Shown here: positions 12,841 to 26,640 of the stretch, piece after piece
Numbering within the stretch: position 1 is the first letter of the stretch
Layout of the letters: every line of letters starts with the position of its first letter
Source of the DNA: Octopus bimaculoides
Lineage: Eukaryota
Reading direction: 5' to 3'
Assembly (NCBI RefSeq): GCF_001194135.2
Contig: NC_068995.1
Span: 55,643,170-55,707,169 of the forward strand
Length of the DNA stretch: 64,000 bases
Made by a program: the position numbers and the translations under genes
The notes under the pieces: generated by a model
Database searches by the model: none
Seen by the model: the letters and a program-made list of their open reading frames with translations, nothing else
Told to the model about the DNA's origin: nothing

Positions 12841-13153
12841 GTTCTTTCTCTTCTCTTCTCTCCTTCGCTGCTACTACTCCCTTACTCTGAGTCAATTACG
12901 AAGACAGGCCGGTAAATAGTACTAACAGTTACTGAGACTATCATAAAGTCATGAAACACACACACATAGACACACACAGACATACACACATACGTACATA
13001 CATTCATACATACATACCAGCATGACCGCAGTCTAATCACTGAAACAAGTATAAGGTAAAAGATATATATATATATATATATACACACATACATATATAC
13101 ACACACACACACACACACATACATATATAGAGAGAGAGAGAAAAAAAAAGACC

Positions 13154-13190
<37 letters not shown>

Positions 13191-13695
13191 CATTTGCAAG
13201 TGTGCTTTCTGACGTTGAGTTAGGTGGAGAAAGTATCCGCAACGCAAACATTGTGGCGATGTGTGTGGGTGTTTATAAAATTACTTGTCATGATTCATTT
13301 GTGAACCAGATATTCAAAACTATTGAATTAAAGAAGAGAATCACAAAAAAAAGGTGTATATAAGTATGAAGGTGCTGGAGCGAGAGAAAAAGAGAGGGGG
13401 GGGGCAGAGAAAACGTGTGTATGTGTTGCTAGATTTCTGTGGTAGGTGTAGGTACCTTTTATAGATAAACAAATACATATAAAATGTATAAAATTAGGTG
13501 AATGTTATTAACCACACACACACGCACGTGTGTGCGTGTATGTGTGTGTGTGTGTGGATGTATATTCGCGCTTTTCACTGCATTTCAATTATACGAATAT
13601 AATTTCAAAGAAAAATATAAGATGAATACATATGGAGGCATTGAGATATCTATTGACACACGCGCTGTGCTTATTAAACCTATATTCTGTAAACA

Positions 13696-13735
<40 letters not shown>

Positions 13736-14010
13736 GTATGTATGTATGTTTCTGCCCGATGCACACACGCATACCCACGTATGCTCATATTCCGGATCCC
13801 ATACATACGTATATATCGTACGTACTCACGCTACGGTGTCAGGTCTATGAACCACGTCTGTTTGCATTGAATTAAACTTTTCACTTATATATTTGTTCTT
13901 GTTTTGTCCATTGGAGTATGATAGGCACATTGGAAATCAGCAGGATTTGAACACGAAAGTTTGCCTCAACGAACAATTTGCTTTAACAATTTCAGTACTT
14001 ATAAGCGTGA

Positions 14011-14060
14011 TAACCCTAAACGCAAACCCTAACCCAAAACACTAATCCTGTTCCTAATCC
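14011..14060 (+). repeat. Degenerate (TAACCC)n-like tract
   Basis: TAACCCTAAACGCAAACCCTAACCCAAAACACTAATCCTGTTCCTAATCC. Confidence 0.55.
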
Positions 14061-14250
14061 GGATCAGGTGTAGACTACGGATACTGCGGCAGACCGCACG
14101 CTAAAGCAACACCGAAGTTCAGCTGTTTCCAACGCTATCAACCTGACGTATGCGTGAGCATATACACGCGTGCGCACACATACATACCCCACATACACAC
14201 ACACACACCTTACTCATGCACAAAATAGAGTGCTATGCAATAATTTCACA

Positions 14251-14362
14251 GTTTCAAATGTCGCCGGGTCGACTTCGCTTGTCATCCTTTCAGGGTTGAA
14301 CGCTGGGGTCGATGTAATCAACTCAGCACCTCTCGTCAGAAACTGCTGGTCTTTTGCCAAAA
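14251..14362 (+). mobile_element. SINE family A, 3' half
   Basis: GGTCGACTTCGCTTGTCATCCTTTCAGGGTTGA core. Confidence 0.7.
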
Positions 14363-14873
14363 TTTCAAACCAATATTTTCGCAGTGTTCTGAGTTCAAAT
14401 CCTGCTGAGGTTAGTGTTGATAAGAACAAGGAATCGATAGAATTCTCGGTGTTTTTGAAAGATACCCTAAGATAATCTGTCTCTGCATTTAGCCATCTGA
14501 TATCAAATCAACCGAAATGATACTTGTTTCTAATCTGTCACAGACCTTGCTATTCCCTTGGACCACATCGGAAACGTAGATAGAGGTGACTTGCACGCAT
14601 GGACAACTACAGGTCTTCCATAATAAGAATAAACATGATCATGTTCCAGCCTGTACTTTACATAGGAACTTGTGAAGTACACAGCCATAGTTTTATGTTA
14701 CATGCGGAAGTTTTGTGCATGCGTGTATGTATATGTTTGTGTCGGGTGTTTTGTTAAATAGTAAATGTAGGTTGTAGGTTCTCCATTTATGTATAAGTGT
14801 GTATATATATGCGTGTGTGTATTGCACATGTATATATATATATAAAGAAGGATATTGAGAGTGACAGAGAAAG

Positions 14874-14874
14874 C

Positions 14875-14947
<73 letters not shown>
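14874..14947. repeat. (AGAT)n microsatellite
   Basis: Direct reading. Other (AGAT)n runs at about 28360-28400 and 32203-32290. Confidence 0.98.
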
Positions 14948-14949
<2 letters not shown>

Positions 14950-15576
14950 ACTATGGCAGAAACAAAGCCATGGTGCTTGATATGTTGTCATTGTTGTTGT
15001 TTACAACCAGGTCGGTTCTGAGGTAGAAGACTTATTAATCGAAGACAACTACACTGTCCGGTTTGAATTTTCAAGGCAGTAAATGTATGATTTGAGGGAC
15101 ATTTGACTATTGTTTCTAGTAAATCTACTGGCTGCGTGGTCCGGCCCTTCCCACTCCTTCGCTAAATCGTTAAGTATTAAATTTCAATATATATATATAT
15201 ATATATATATATANNNNNNNNNNNNNNNNNNNNNNNNNNNNNNNNNNNNNNNNNNNNNNNNNNNNNNNNNNNNNNNNNNNNNNNNNNNNNNNNNNNNNNN
15301 NNNNNNNNNNNNNNNNNNNNNNNNNNNNNNNNNNNNNNNNNNNNNNNNNNNNNNNNNNNNNNNNNNNNNNNNNNNNNNNNNNNNNNNNNNNNNNNNNNNN
15401 NNNNNNNNNNNNNNNNNNNNNNNNNNNNNNNNNNNNNNNNNNNNNNNNNNNNNNNNNNNNNNNNNNNNNNNNNNNNNNNNNNNNNNNNNNNNNNNNNNNN
15501 NNNNNNNNNNNNNNNNNNNNNNNNNNNNNNNNNNNNNNNNNNNNNNNNNNNNNNNNNNNNNNNNNNNNNNNNNNNN

Positions 15577-15643
<67 letters not shown>

Positions 15644-15894
15644 GGTGATCAAAAAATGCCTAGTGCAGAATTGACTATTATCATTACCTGATATATACTA
15701 CATATACATACATATATGTATGTATGTATGTATGTATGCATGTATGTATGCATGCATGTATGTATGCATGCATGTATGTATGTTTGTGTGTAAGTATGGT
15801 ATATATGTATGTTTGTGTGTGTATGTATGCATGCACTCAGACGTATATAATAAAGACGTGTTTATATATACGTATTATATATATGCACGTATTC

Positions 15895-15938
<44 letters not shown>

Positions 15939-16091
15939 TGCATACATACACACACACACATATAGATATATAGATATATAGATATATAGATATATAAACA
16001 CGTACATTATGCACATATGTATGCATGTACTCACACATAAATGTCTCAATTTCACTCTCTCTTATTCTCCCTTATATATACATGTGTGTAT

Positions 16092-16128
<37 letters not shown>

Positions 16129-16862
16129 TATATAAATACATACATACATACATGCACACGTAAGTACGTACGTCCGTACCCCGTATGTACTTCACAAACA
16201 CTAATGTTTTCGTAATGTTCGCAAACGCGTTGAGCTATTTGATTCACACAAGAAATCTTTAGCAATCAGTTAACGACTGGCTTGTAAATTCTATGAAAAT
16301 GAACCAGGCTGTAAGTTAAATCATAAACAACGGATAGAGGCATTTACCTGTGACATCGAAAGTAAACCAACGTGGTTCGCATCCGCGCTGTGGATACATG
16401 CACTCAGGTAAATGAGAGTCTCCCCGGACGACGAGTGAAACGGACAGCCACACAGGCGAACAGACAAGCAGACTGACTGGCAGGCAGGCAGGCAGGCAGG
16501 CAGGCTGGCTGGTTGGGTGGCTGCCTGAATAAGCTGGCAAAGGATAGACAGACAAAAGCGACAAACAAGGAGGAGAAAGAAGTGAACAAAAAGAGAGAAA
16601 AAGAAAGAAAATAAAATTACATTGGAGCAACCCAAACACACACATACACACCTACAACAGTGCGTACATACATATATATATATATACATATGTAAAAGAG
16701 ACAACTGACGAAGCAGCCAGTCGACAAGTCAGCGCTTATGTAGCTCGTACGCAGGCAACGGATAGACGTACATAAATATATAAACATGTACGCACTCATA
16801 GTGACAACAGATAGGCAGGTAGTAAAAGAGAGAGGGGGGGGGGAGAGCTTTGCTTTGTTTTG

Positions 16863-16901
<39 letters not shown>

Positions 16902-16984
16902 ATTCAACAGGTGTGAGAACAATTTTTATTTCTCTCACATACATACATACACACATACATATATATAGTCATTTATTCTTTCAT

Positions 16985-17190
16985 TTTTTGTTTTATTTAC
17001 TTGTTTCAGGTATTTGAGTGCGACCATGCTGGAGCACCACCTTGAAGAATGTTTAGTCGAATGAATCGACTCCAGTATTTATGTTTTGTTAAGCCTGATA
17101 CTTATTCTACTGTTACTTTTACCGAACCGCTAAGTTTTGGGGACATAGACACACCAACGCCGGTTGCCAAGCTGTGGGGGGATAAGCACA
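16985..17190 (-). mobile_element. SINE family C, 3' half
   Basis: CTTGTTTCAGGTATTTGAGTGCGACCATGCTGGAGCACCACC...CCGAACCGCTAAG. Confidence 0.8.
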
Positions 17191-17199
17191 AACACATAC

Positions 17200-17241
<42 letters not shown>

Positions 17242-17251
17242 NNNNNNNNNN

Positions 17252-17295
<44 letters not shown>

Positions 17296-17320
17296 TACAT
17301 CATACTACTTTATTCGTTTT

Positions 17321-17480
17321 GGCGTCGAGCCGGCAGACTCATTAGAGTGAAAAGAAAACGCTTTGCGGTATTTCTTCCGGCTCTTAACATTCTGATGTCA
17401 AAACCTGCCGAGGTCAACTTAGCCTTTTATGACTCCAGGGTCGAGAAAATAAAGTACGAATCAAGTATTGAGATCGAAGC
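17321..17480 (+). mobile_element. SINE family A copy
   Basis: GGCGTCGAGCCGGCAGA head and GAGGTCAACTTAGCCTTTTATGACTCCAGGGTCGAGAAAATAAAGTAC core. Confidence 0.75.
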
Positions 17481-18132
17481 TATCCACATACTCCTTTCCA
17501 TTAAAATTGCTAGCCTCGTACCTCGATTAGAAACCGTTATCATTTATCTAATATAATAAAGATGTCTGCTATCATTTATGTTCATCACTCCTATCCAGGA
17601 ACCAGGAATTGCTCAAAAGCTTTCGTTGTCTGTAGAAAAAAAAAGCACTCTTTTCCTTAACGACGTTTTACATTAGGAGAATTATTGATTCTTGCGGATT
17701 ATCTCCCCTCCTTTATACGGTATCGGTTACAATTGTCGCTAGGTGTTTGTTTACATTGTCTGGAAGCGAAGATAATTTCCATAAATCAGAGGTTTATATT
17801 GTATCGCATTTCGCATACATTTCTACGTCTTCGTTGCCCAAATTCTTGCCATTGACCACCCTAGATTGTTTCTCTTAACTCATTTTGGTTTTTGTGTGTG
17901 TGCGCGTGTCTGTGTGTGTGTCTGTGTGTGCCTGTGTGTGTGTGTGTGTGTGCGTACGTGCGTTCGCGCGGACTCACATACACATGGATTAAGCATTTCG
18001 CGGCAATGGGTTCGGGGCAATATCTCAATTGCGGAACTGTATTTTGTCATCTATATTCTCTAGTCAGAGTTCAATGTCAAGGAAAGGGAGTTTTCCTCTT
18101 CTTTTCGTATTTGGTCTATGGATGGGTGTGAA

Positions 18133-18441
18133 GGCTGGTGGCTTAGTGGTTAGGCGTATTCGGCTCACGGTCGTAAGTTCATAAGTTCAATTCCTGGCGG
18201 CGCGTTGTGTCCTTGAACGAGACACATTATTTCGCGTTACTCCAGTTCACTCAGCTGGCAAAAAGTTGTACCTGCAATTCAAAGGGGCCAACCTTGTCAG
18301 ATTCTGTGTCACGCTTAATCTCCCGGAGAACTATGTTAAGGATACGTGGGTCTGAAGAGTGCTCAGTCACTTGAACGTTAAATTCACAAGCAGGCTGTTC
18401 CGTTAACTGAATCAGCTGGAACACTCGTCTAACCGACGGAT
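18133..18441 (+). mobile_element. tRNA-derived SINE family D
   Basis: Head GGTGGCTTAGTGGTTAGG...AAGTTCAATTCC, GTGTCCTTGAACGAGACAC central block, and a 3' part matching the other two copies (reverse complement of AAGTGGCTGAGCACTCCGCAGACACG...). Confidence 0.8.
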
Positions 18442-19112
18442 AGACTGAGTTAATTAGATCATCTCCACGGTAACATTGTCAGGTTCGTTAGTAGGGAGAT
18501 ATCACTTCCATGCTATCCACTGTACACCTTATTAAGTCACGTGGTTAATAAATTATAATAGTCGTTAATAAGTTAGTAGTGATCGAAGCCATTGATTTTG
18601 TCGAAGAAGTTCTCGAAGACGTTCTCGAAGACGTCCTCTGTATTCTCGTTGACATCTCCGTAAGTTATCTTGCTATCATTCAGAGGAAGTAAAAGGAAGC
18701 CACAGAAAGTAAAAGAAGCCATAGAGATGTCAGCCCCATAATCTCGCCGAATCGGATGTCTGGGAACTGGATCTGGAATACATGTATTGCATTACATCAG
18801 ACCATACAACGTGACTGTATTACTTAGAGGTCTACTTATACTTCGAAGAATACTAACGGGCCTCTGAATATCTAGACCCTTCCATAACGCCCTTTCATAT
18901 TTGCCGTTCCTACTGAGTTCGCATTGTCATAACGGAAGGTTACCTCTCACAGAGACTGAAGGACATCAAATACATAAATGCAATACATAACAAGCACATC
19001 TGAGTTTGTTCAATTTGTAACTGATGTCGCTTAATCATAAAGAAGAAAACAAACACGTATTTCTTCAATGGGTATGTGTGTGCTTGTGTGCGTGTGTGTG
19101 TGCTCGCGCGCG

Positions 19113-19283
19113 CGTATAGCGTAGATGTCATGGGGCAGGAGAGGCGAACCGTGACTGACGCTTTTATGAGGGAGGCACTGGCACTTTTGAGTCTACAGTA
19201 TAAGCCTGGATAGGCTTCTGGGTTCAATAGGGCGGCAGTTTCAAGGGCTGTCCCGAGCGGCCCACATTATAGCTACGTCACTG
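19113..19283. mobile_element. Degenerate hAT (Tip100-like) MITE
   Basis: Right end is the reverse complement of CAGTGACGTAGCTATA. The left end TATAGCGTAGATG is a decayed match. GC-rich interior in an AT-rich background. No TSD visible. Confidence 0.45.
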
Positions 19284-20015
19284 AGATGTTTGTGTGTGTG
19301 TGTGTACGATAAGAATTTAGAAACTTCGAGCTAAATACGCAAACAACGAGAGAAAAAGATGGAAAACAGGACACGTAAACACAGAGAATGACCCTTCATC
19401 AGTTGTTGGCTGTTTATCTATTTCTCATTTGGAGCATTCAGATGCGCTGTTCACATATTTTACAGTTGGTAGCAAAGAATTATGGAAACATTATTGTAAT
19501 TCATAAAATCATCGACACCGGAATAAAATACTATACGACGGTAAACCGTTTTAGATTTTATGATTTAGTTAGCGTGTAATGTATTTCGACGTTGATTTTT
19601 GCTTGATAGTTTGCTGTTAGAAAAACTTCAATAGTTATCTTTCTTTTATATATATTGTTTTGAAATTTTATATCAAATTATGCTACTGTCGAATGTTTGC
19701 CATTCAGAGACTCACAGCTATTTGATATCTTAAAAAAAGTCTGAGAGATCGACATGGTGTAGAGGTAGCACCTTGGCCTTTTGCTGCCCAAGATCCTAGT
19801 TGATTCTATATCACGGCAAGAAATTCAAAAGGAGGCGGCTATATCAAACTCCGTCCTTCATTAAAAGCCAACTATATGAGAATGACCATTGAAAAGGTGA
19901 TGGTCCTTGTGGTGCCCCAGTATAGCCATACACTTTCGACTAAAATACATAAAAGAATAAAAAGAAGAGTTTATATATACGAGTGTGTATGTATGTTTAT
20001 ATGTTTTATATATAC

Positions 20016-20053
<38 letters not shown>

Positions 20054-20769
20054 NNNNNNNNNNNNNNNNNNNNNNNNNNNNNNNNNNNNNNNNNNNNNNN
20101 NNNNNNNNNNNNNNNNNNNNNNNNNNNNNNNNNNNNNNNNNNNNNNNNNNNNNNNNNNNNNNNNNNNNNNNNNNNNNNNNNNNNNNNNNNNNNNNNNNNN
20201 NNNNNNNNNNNNNNNNNNTATATATAAGTGCATGTATATATGCAAGTATACACACACAAACACACATACGTCACCTTCACAGAATAGTTGAGTGTGTGTG
20301 TGTGTGCGCACATGCGTGCTTTATGCTAGGTTCGTTTATCGTCTCAGTAAATAGAAATTATGAAATCAATGTGAAAATATACTCTCCTCATTTCTCTGAA
20401 GAAAATTAGCGGTTCTCAGTGAAGTGAGATTGCTAAAAGCTTGTATTCAAAAGCTATTTACCGCAATTCACTTTGCCGTAGCTAACGTTGTTTTAGTTAC
20501 GATTCACTTGAAAGCCTATATTATTAGGCATCTGTTATACGAAGACATTAAATGAATTGGAGCGCATTTCTTTTCAACCGCTTTCGTGTTTTGTAAGATG
20601 TCAGGTAGACTTTACTTCCTCTGATATTTGTATAGCTTCTAATATAAAAAAAATATACCACAGCCGGCGTATAAATAAAAACCTTGACAAATTGCTATAC
20701 GTAATTCGGTGTAGATTGGTTATTCCTATTTATTTTATTTTTATTTATTGTGTTAACACATTTATGAAA

Positions 20770-20809
<40 letters not shown>

Positions 20810-21079
20810 CTTGACACAGTCAGTAGATGTCATTTCCTGTCTTTAAAATAGATAAGTAATGAATTAATTTTGTTTGTGTCATTCGCGTATGAAACTTTAT
20901 ACCTGAACGTGCCAGAACATAATTTTTTTTTACCGGATGTTCACTTGCATAATCCTTTATTTCTATAACATTCGGACGAGGTCTAAAGTTTGAGAATAGC
21001 TGCTTTCTTTCATGCCACAAGACTTTATTACCATTATCATTATTATTTAATTATCATTATTATTGTTATTATTATAGAC

Positions 21080-21250
21080 ACGAGCTGGCAGAACTATTAC
21101 TATTAAAGGGACAAGCCCGCCGGACAAACTGATTGGCGGCATTTCGCCCTTCTCAGCGTTCTGAATTCAAATTCCGCCGAGATCGAGTTCGCCTTCCATC
21201 CTTTCAGGATCGATGAAATAAGGAGCAGTTGAGCATTAAGGTCGATGCCC
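21080..21250 (+). mobile_element. SINE family A copy
   Basis: GAGCTGGCAGAA head and CGCCTTCCATCCTTTCAGGATCGATGAAATAAG core. Confidence 0.8.
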
Positions 21251-21679
21251 TCGGATGTATAGGACTGGTTAGCCAATTTCCATGGCCCAGATAAGTGACC
21301 GAGATCACATCGTTCCTCCAGCACGGGACACCGGTCTGTTACAGCGTCCCGCGGCAGAAATTTTGATGGGAGGGAACACGTCGACCCCAATATTGTCAGT
21401 AAAGTTGATCTCGAACGCTAATGATTCTGTCACCAGTCTTGCAGTAAATGAAAAACGTCATGGGTCCAGTTCCCTCGCCTCTGATTAAGTCATTAAAAAT
21501 CACTGCTAAAAGAATGCCTACAAGGAATTGACTGAACGAACTTTATTACTAGGAACATAGAACCAGCAAAGTCGAAATCCGTGTTTTCATGAGCCAACAA
21601 TGGAACCTCTGCGTAGGATCTCGAACAGTTAAAAAGCAAACATGCCTCAAATAATTCCTTACCGTATTTCAAAAGCTAC

Positions 21680-21950
21680 CACAAGGTCCCCTTGGTTGTT
21701 GTTTGCTGGCTTGTGTGCTTCAATGGCCCTGAGAACTATACCAGCGGAGGGCAAGTTCCTGATCGAGCCCCCACCCATGCTGGGAAGGTTAAAGAATAGA
21801 GACCAAGCTAATGCGGACCACGTCTTGTCAGGGATAAAAAAAATGGGTTTGCCTTAGGTCAAGACCCCTGCTTAGAAAAAAGCAAATTTACAGAAGCATT
21901 GGTAACAAATCAAAACCAATGAGCTCTGGGAGAGGAAGGCCGGAAGGCCT
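21680..21950 (+). mobile_element. Repeat resembling an RTE-clade 5' UTR
   Basis: GCTTCAATGGCCCTGAGAACTATACC...CCCATGCTGGGAAGGT...AGAGACCAAG...GTCAAGACCCCTG is shared with 51210-51480. Assignment to RTE 5' ends is from memory. Confidence 0.45.
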
Positions 21951-24900
21951 TCTCTCAATAAGAATGTAAAGGCCACGAAAGGACCGCCCAGGGTTGAGAA
22001 CTTTGGAAATATCTCATCGATGGTCAAAGGGAGCGAAGAGCTAAAGTATTACAAAAGAAACGAGTCCTACATATTTTATAACTAAAAAGCAAAAACAAAA
22101 AATGTCAGGGAGTTTCAGGTGGAACATCTTTGATCATTGGTCTGCATGTTCTGCGCTTACTTGTAGTTAAACTATAACCCTACCTCTTACATTTCATTAG
22201 TGCAATGAATTTAGACCATTACAAACAGTGGTTATGTTTTTAATTTATATTTCATTTGTCCAGAATCGATGAACGATATGTCAATAATTTACTACTTTCG
22301 GTTCAATATTCGGTAACCTTTCTTCCCGATAAACAAAATGACTTCAAGTTTAAACGAAAGAAATGATTTATACAACATCAATCTGACATATAAACTTTGT
22401 ATATATATATATATNNNNNNNNNNNNNNNNNNNNNNNNNNNNNNNNNNNNNNNNNNNNNNNNNNNNNNNNNNNNNNNNNNNNNNNNNNNNNNNNNNNNNN
22501 NNNNNNNNNNNNNNNNNNNNNNNNNNNNNNNNNNNNNNNNNNNNNNNNNNNNNNNNNNNNNNNNNNNNNNNNNNNNNNNNNNNNNNNNNNNNNNNNNNNN
22601 NNNNNNNNNNNNNNNNNNNNNNNNNNNNNNNNNNNNNNNNNNNNNNNNNNNNNNNNNNNNNNNNNNNNNNNNNNNNNNNNNNNNNNNNNNNNNNNNNNNN
22701 NNNNNNNNNNNNNNNNNNNNNNNNNNNNNNNNNNNNNNNNNNNNNNNNNNNNNNNNNNNNNNNNNNNNNNNNNNNNNNNNNNNNNNNNNNNNNNNNNNNN
22801 NNNNNNNNNNNNNNNNNNNNNNNNNNNNNNNNNNNNNNNNNNNNNNNNNNNNNNNNNNNNNNNNNNNNNNNNNNNNNNNNNNNNNNNNNNNNNNNNNNNN
22901 NNNNNNNNNNNNNNNNNNNNNNNNNNNNNNNNNNNNNNNNNNNNNNNNNNNNNNNNNNNNNNNNNNNNNNNNNNNNNNNNNNNNNNNNNNNNNNNNNNNN
23001 NNNNNNNNNNNNNNNNNNNNNNNNNNNNNNNNNNNNNNNNNNNNNNNNNNNNNNNNNNNNNNNNNNNNNNNNNNNNNNNNNNNNNNNNNNNNNNNNNNNN
23101 NNNNNNNNNNNNNNNNNNNNNNNNNNNNNNNNNNNNNNNNNNNNNNNNNNNNNNNNNTATATATATATATATATATATATATGCATATATATACATATAT
23201 GTATAGTTACCAGTATTCTTGCTTGAGTATTATAAATATGTATTCTTCGAAAAGTGTTGAGTAGTCCTTCAGTTTAATGTAAAATTGTTTTTATAATACG
23301 CCAAAGCAAACATTAATACAATACACACACACATATGCATATATATATACACACACCACACACACGCAAAACATTGTGATATATAGCTGAGACATATTGA
23401 TTGATCTTGTATAATGGCTAATGTCTCTGTATTTGATTTCACGTTTGCACTGTGTGCAACAGAAACACGTTAAATATATATATAAACATAGTAAACGTCA
23501 ATTTTAGTTTTTACTCTTTTGTCAATCTATTTGAACAAACCTTTGCGATTTGTTCATATGATATATGTTCTGTTTGCTTAAGTTGTGTTCATGTATTTGT
23601 CATATATACATATATGTGCGTGTGGTCTACCTGTGATCAGGACCGTGAGAAGATATTTTTACTGAATTTCCTCCTTGACAAAAGCAAAAATTTCAACGGA
23701 AAATAAAATATCTGCAACTGTGATATTGAAGCGAAGATACCAACACACACACACACACACACANNNNNNNNNNNNNNNNNNNNNNNNNNNNNNNNNNNNN
23801 NNNNNNNNNNNNNNNNNNNNNNNNNNNNNNNNNNNNNNNNNNNNNNNNNNNNNNNNNNNNNNNNNNNNNNNNNNNNNNNNNNNNNNNNNNNNNNNNNNNN
23901 NNNNNNNNNNNNNNNNNNNNNNNNNNNNNNNNNNNNNNNNNNNNNNNNNNNNNNNNNNNNNNNNNNNNNNNNNNNNNNNNNNNNNNNNNNNNNNNNNNNN
24001 NNNNNNNNNNNNNNNNNNNNNNNNNNNNNNNNNNNNNNNNNNNNNNNNNNNNNNNNNNNNNNNNNNNNNNNNNNNNNNNNNNNNNNNNNNNNNNNNNNNN
24101 NNNNNNNNNNNNNNNNNNNNNNNNNNNNNNNNNNNNNNNNNNNNNNNNNNNNNNNNNNNNNNNNNNNNNNNNNNNNNNNNNNNNNNNNNNNNNNNNNNNN
24201 NNNNNNNNNNNNNNNNNNNNNNNNNNNNNNNNNNNNNNNNNNNNNNNNNNNNNNNNNNNNNNNNNNNNNNNNNNNNNNNNNNNNNNNNNNNNNNNNNNNN
24301 NNNNNNNNNNNNNNNNNNNNNNNNNNNNNNNNNNNNNNNNNNNNNNNNNNNNNNNNNNNNNNNNNNNNNNNNNNNNNNNNNNNNNNNNNNNNNNNNNNNN
24401 NNNNNNNNNNNNNNNNNNNNNNNNNNNNNNNNNNNNNNNNNNNNNNNNNNNNNNNNNNNNNNNNNNNNNNNNNNNNNNNNNNNNNNNNNNNNNNNNNNNN
24501 NNNNNNNNNNNNNNNNNNNNNNNNNNNNNNNNNNNNNNNNNNNNNNNNNNNNNNNNNNNNNNNNNNNNNNNNNNNNNNNNNNNNNNNNNNNNNNNNNNNN
24601 NNNNNNNNNNNNNNNNNNNNNNNNNNNNNNNNNNNNNNNNNNNNNNNNNNNNNNNNNNNNNNNNNNNNNNNNNNNNNNNNNNNNNNNNNNNNNNNNNNNN
24701 NNNNNNNNNNNNNNNNNNNNNNNNNNNNNNNNNNNNNNNGGGGGGGGTCTTTGTAATGCATTAAAAATATATATACAAAACTAAAAGAGATAATATTCGA
24801 ACAAGGAATTAAAAAAATATTTATCATTGACCTGTCCTAACTAGAATATTCCTCTGTTCCGTGGAGCTTACAAGAAAAGAACGCATTTCATGTTAATTGC

Positions 24901-25189
24901 AACAGAAGATATTGGAGGTCCCGTTAGGAAAGTCGGCGGACTGGAATCTGTCACCAGCACCGTATTCTATCCATGATAGAGATTTGTATATTTTAATAGT
25001 GCAAGAAACCTAATTATACTATTAAACAGATCTTCACCACCAAGTGACCACACTGCACATAAAATTTAACTAATAAACTGTTATAGTATATCATTCGTGC
25101 TTTATAGAGCAGAAACTCTGAAACGGCCGTAAGAAAACTTTAAATTATAAAACCAGTAAAAGTGTAAAACTATATTTGTTGGCATACTT

Positions 25190-25330
25190 GGCGATTCGAC
25201 AAAAGAGATCAATAGAATAAGAACCTGGCATTAAAAACATAAGTACTGGAGTCGATTCGTTCGACTAAAACCCTTCAAGGCTGTTCTCCAGCATGGTCGC
25301 AGTCCAATAACTGAAACGGGTAAGATAAAG
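25190..25330 (+). mobile_element. SINE family C, 3' end
   Basis: CTCCAGCATGGTCGCAGTCCAATAACTGAAAC. Short 3'-end fragments also occur at about 12475, 13020, 43812 and 46040. Confidence 0.75.
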
Positions 25331-26640
25331 GAGGCATGAAATTACGAATTGTGTGGAACAAAAGACAAGCCTCCAACAATCGGTGACCAGCCTTAGACCA
25401 TTCCATTTTAGTTATCCCGATAATGCTCTTCAGAAAAAGCATGAGTGCTGCAACATCCTATTCTAAAGATATCAGGTTTTCTGTCAAGTAAAATAGTACA
25501 GTTTGTTCTGCAGACAGAAGCAACCGTTAAAATTCAAATCGCTAGTTTTAAGCTAATTTCCAATTTATTTTACGTTGCTTGATGTCTTTAAGATGAAAAT
25601 AAGAAAAAGACATTCTCTGTTTCCCCTCTATCTCTCTCCATCTGCAAAATATAGTGAAGTGGCAAATGGTCACAAAGAAACTAACATTTGTTTTTAAAAA
25701 ATTAAAGAATAAACTATTTCATAATATTACGAATAAAGAAAAAGACATTTCAAGCATTTAAATGAAATATCAGATGTAAATATTAAAAGATCTCACTCGT
25801 CTTTATTTGTGATGGTTCACGATTAAAAATAGAAATATCTAAATCGTTCATATCATCTTATTTTATCTGAAGACTCTTCTGCAACTCACAGCAACTTTTC
25901 CCTCCTACCAAAGCAATAACGATTCTCACCGATTTTCTCGTATGGTGCAGGCTCACTGTTTTACTAAGCTAGAATCAACTGCGTCAATCTGTTGATATTT
26001 CCTCCCTCCCTATTCATCGACCTCGTTATAAAAATAGATATTAACATATTTCATTCAAATGAACTGTATTTATTATACAGGGTATCTGTCATTGTCAGCG
26101 ATTACACTCCTTACTCAAGCTGTTGCTGAACAAGTCTTCGTTATTAAGTGAAATCTTCTGCTATCAAAACTTTCTGGCTGACATGTCCGTCATGGTGGTT
26201 GTTTATATTTCAACCTATTGCGGGAAGGTATTCTTCTCAAACATGTCCGGAGTATCCGGTTGTGAGTACTATCGGATAATGAGAAACGGACGAAGTTCAC
26301 ATTCTACAAAGTTTATATGGAGATGTTATCGAGGCTTGTGTGACGGTCTTGTCCTTTCCAGAAGCAATAGATAGATATAGAACTCATACTGGTTCATTAC
26401 TTGATTGCTTCTAAGATCATTCGCCTTCGTTAGATAGACATTTTTTTTTACTTCGTTGCTTATATTTTATTGTATAATTTATTTGCTTGGTTGTTATTAG
26501 TTTCACAAGTTTCGTTTAGTGTACTCTGGTCTGGTCATACTGGGGTACGGTCTTCCACAATAAAGTCGATTTTGTCGACCACAGAAAGATGTCAAGAAAA
26601 GGGAACATGGGCGATATTTGAATTCAAAAGGTAAGGAGGT

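Noticed and set aside
24870-24976. GC-richer block open on both strands (VTDSSPPTF... / EDIGGPVRKV...)
   Set aside because: Ambiguous strand and frame, and no phase-consistent neighbour.
26081-26374. 83-aa ORF or exon candidate
   Set aside because: Several alternative donors and no recognisable protein or transposon motif in any frame.
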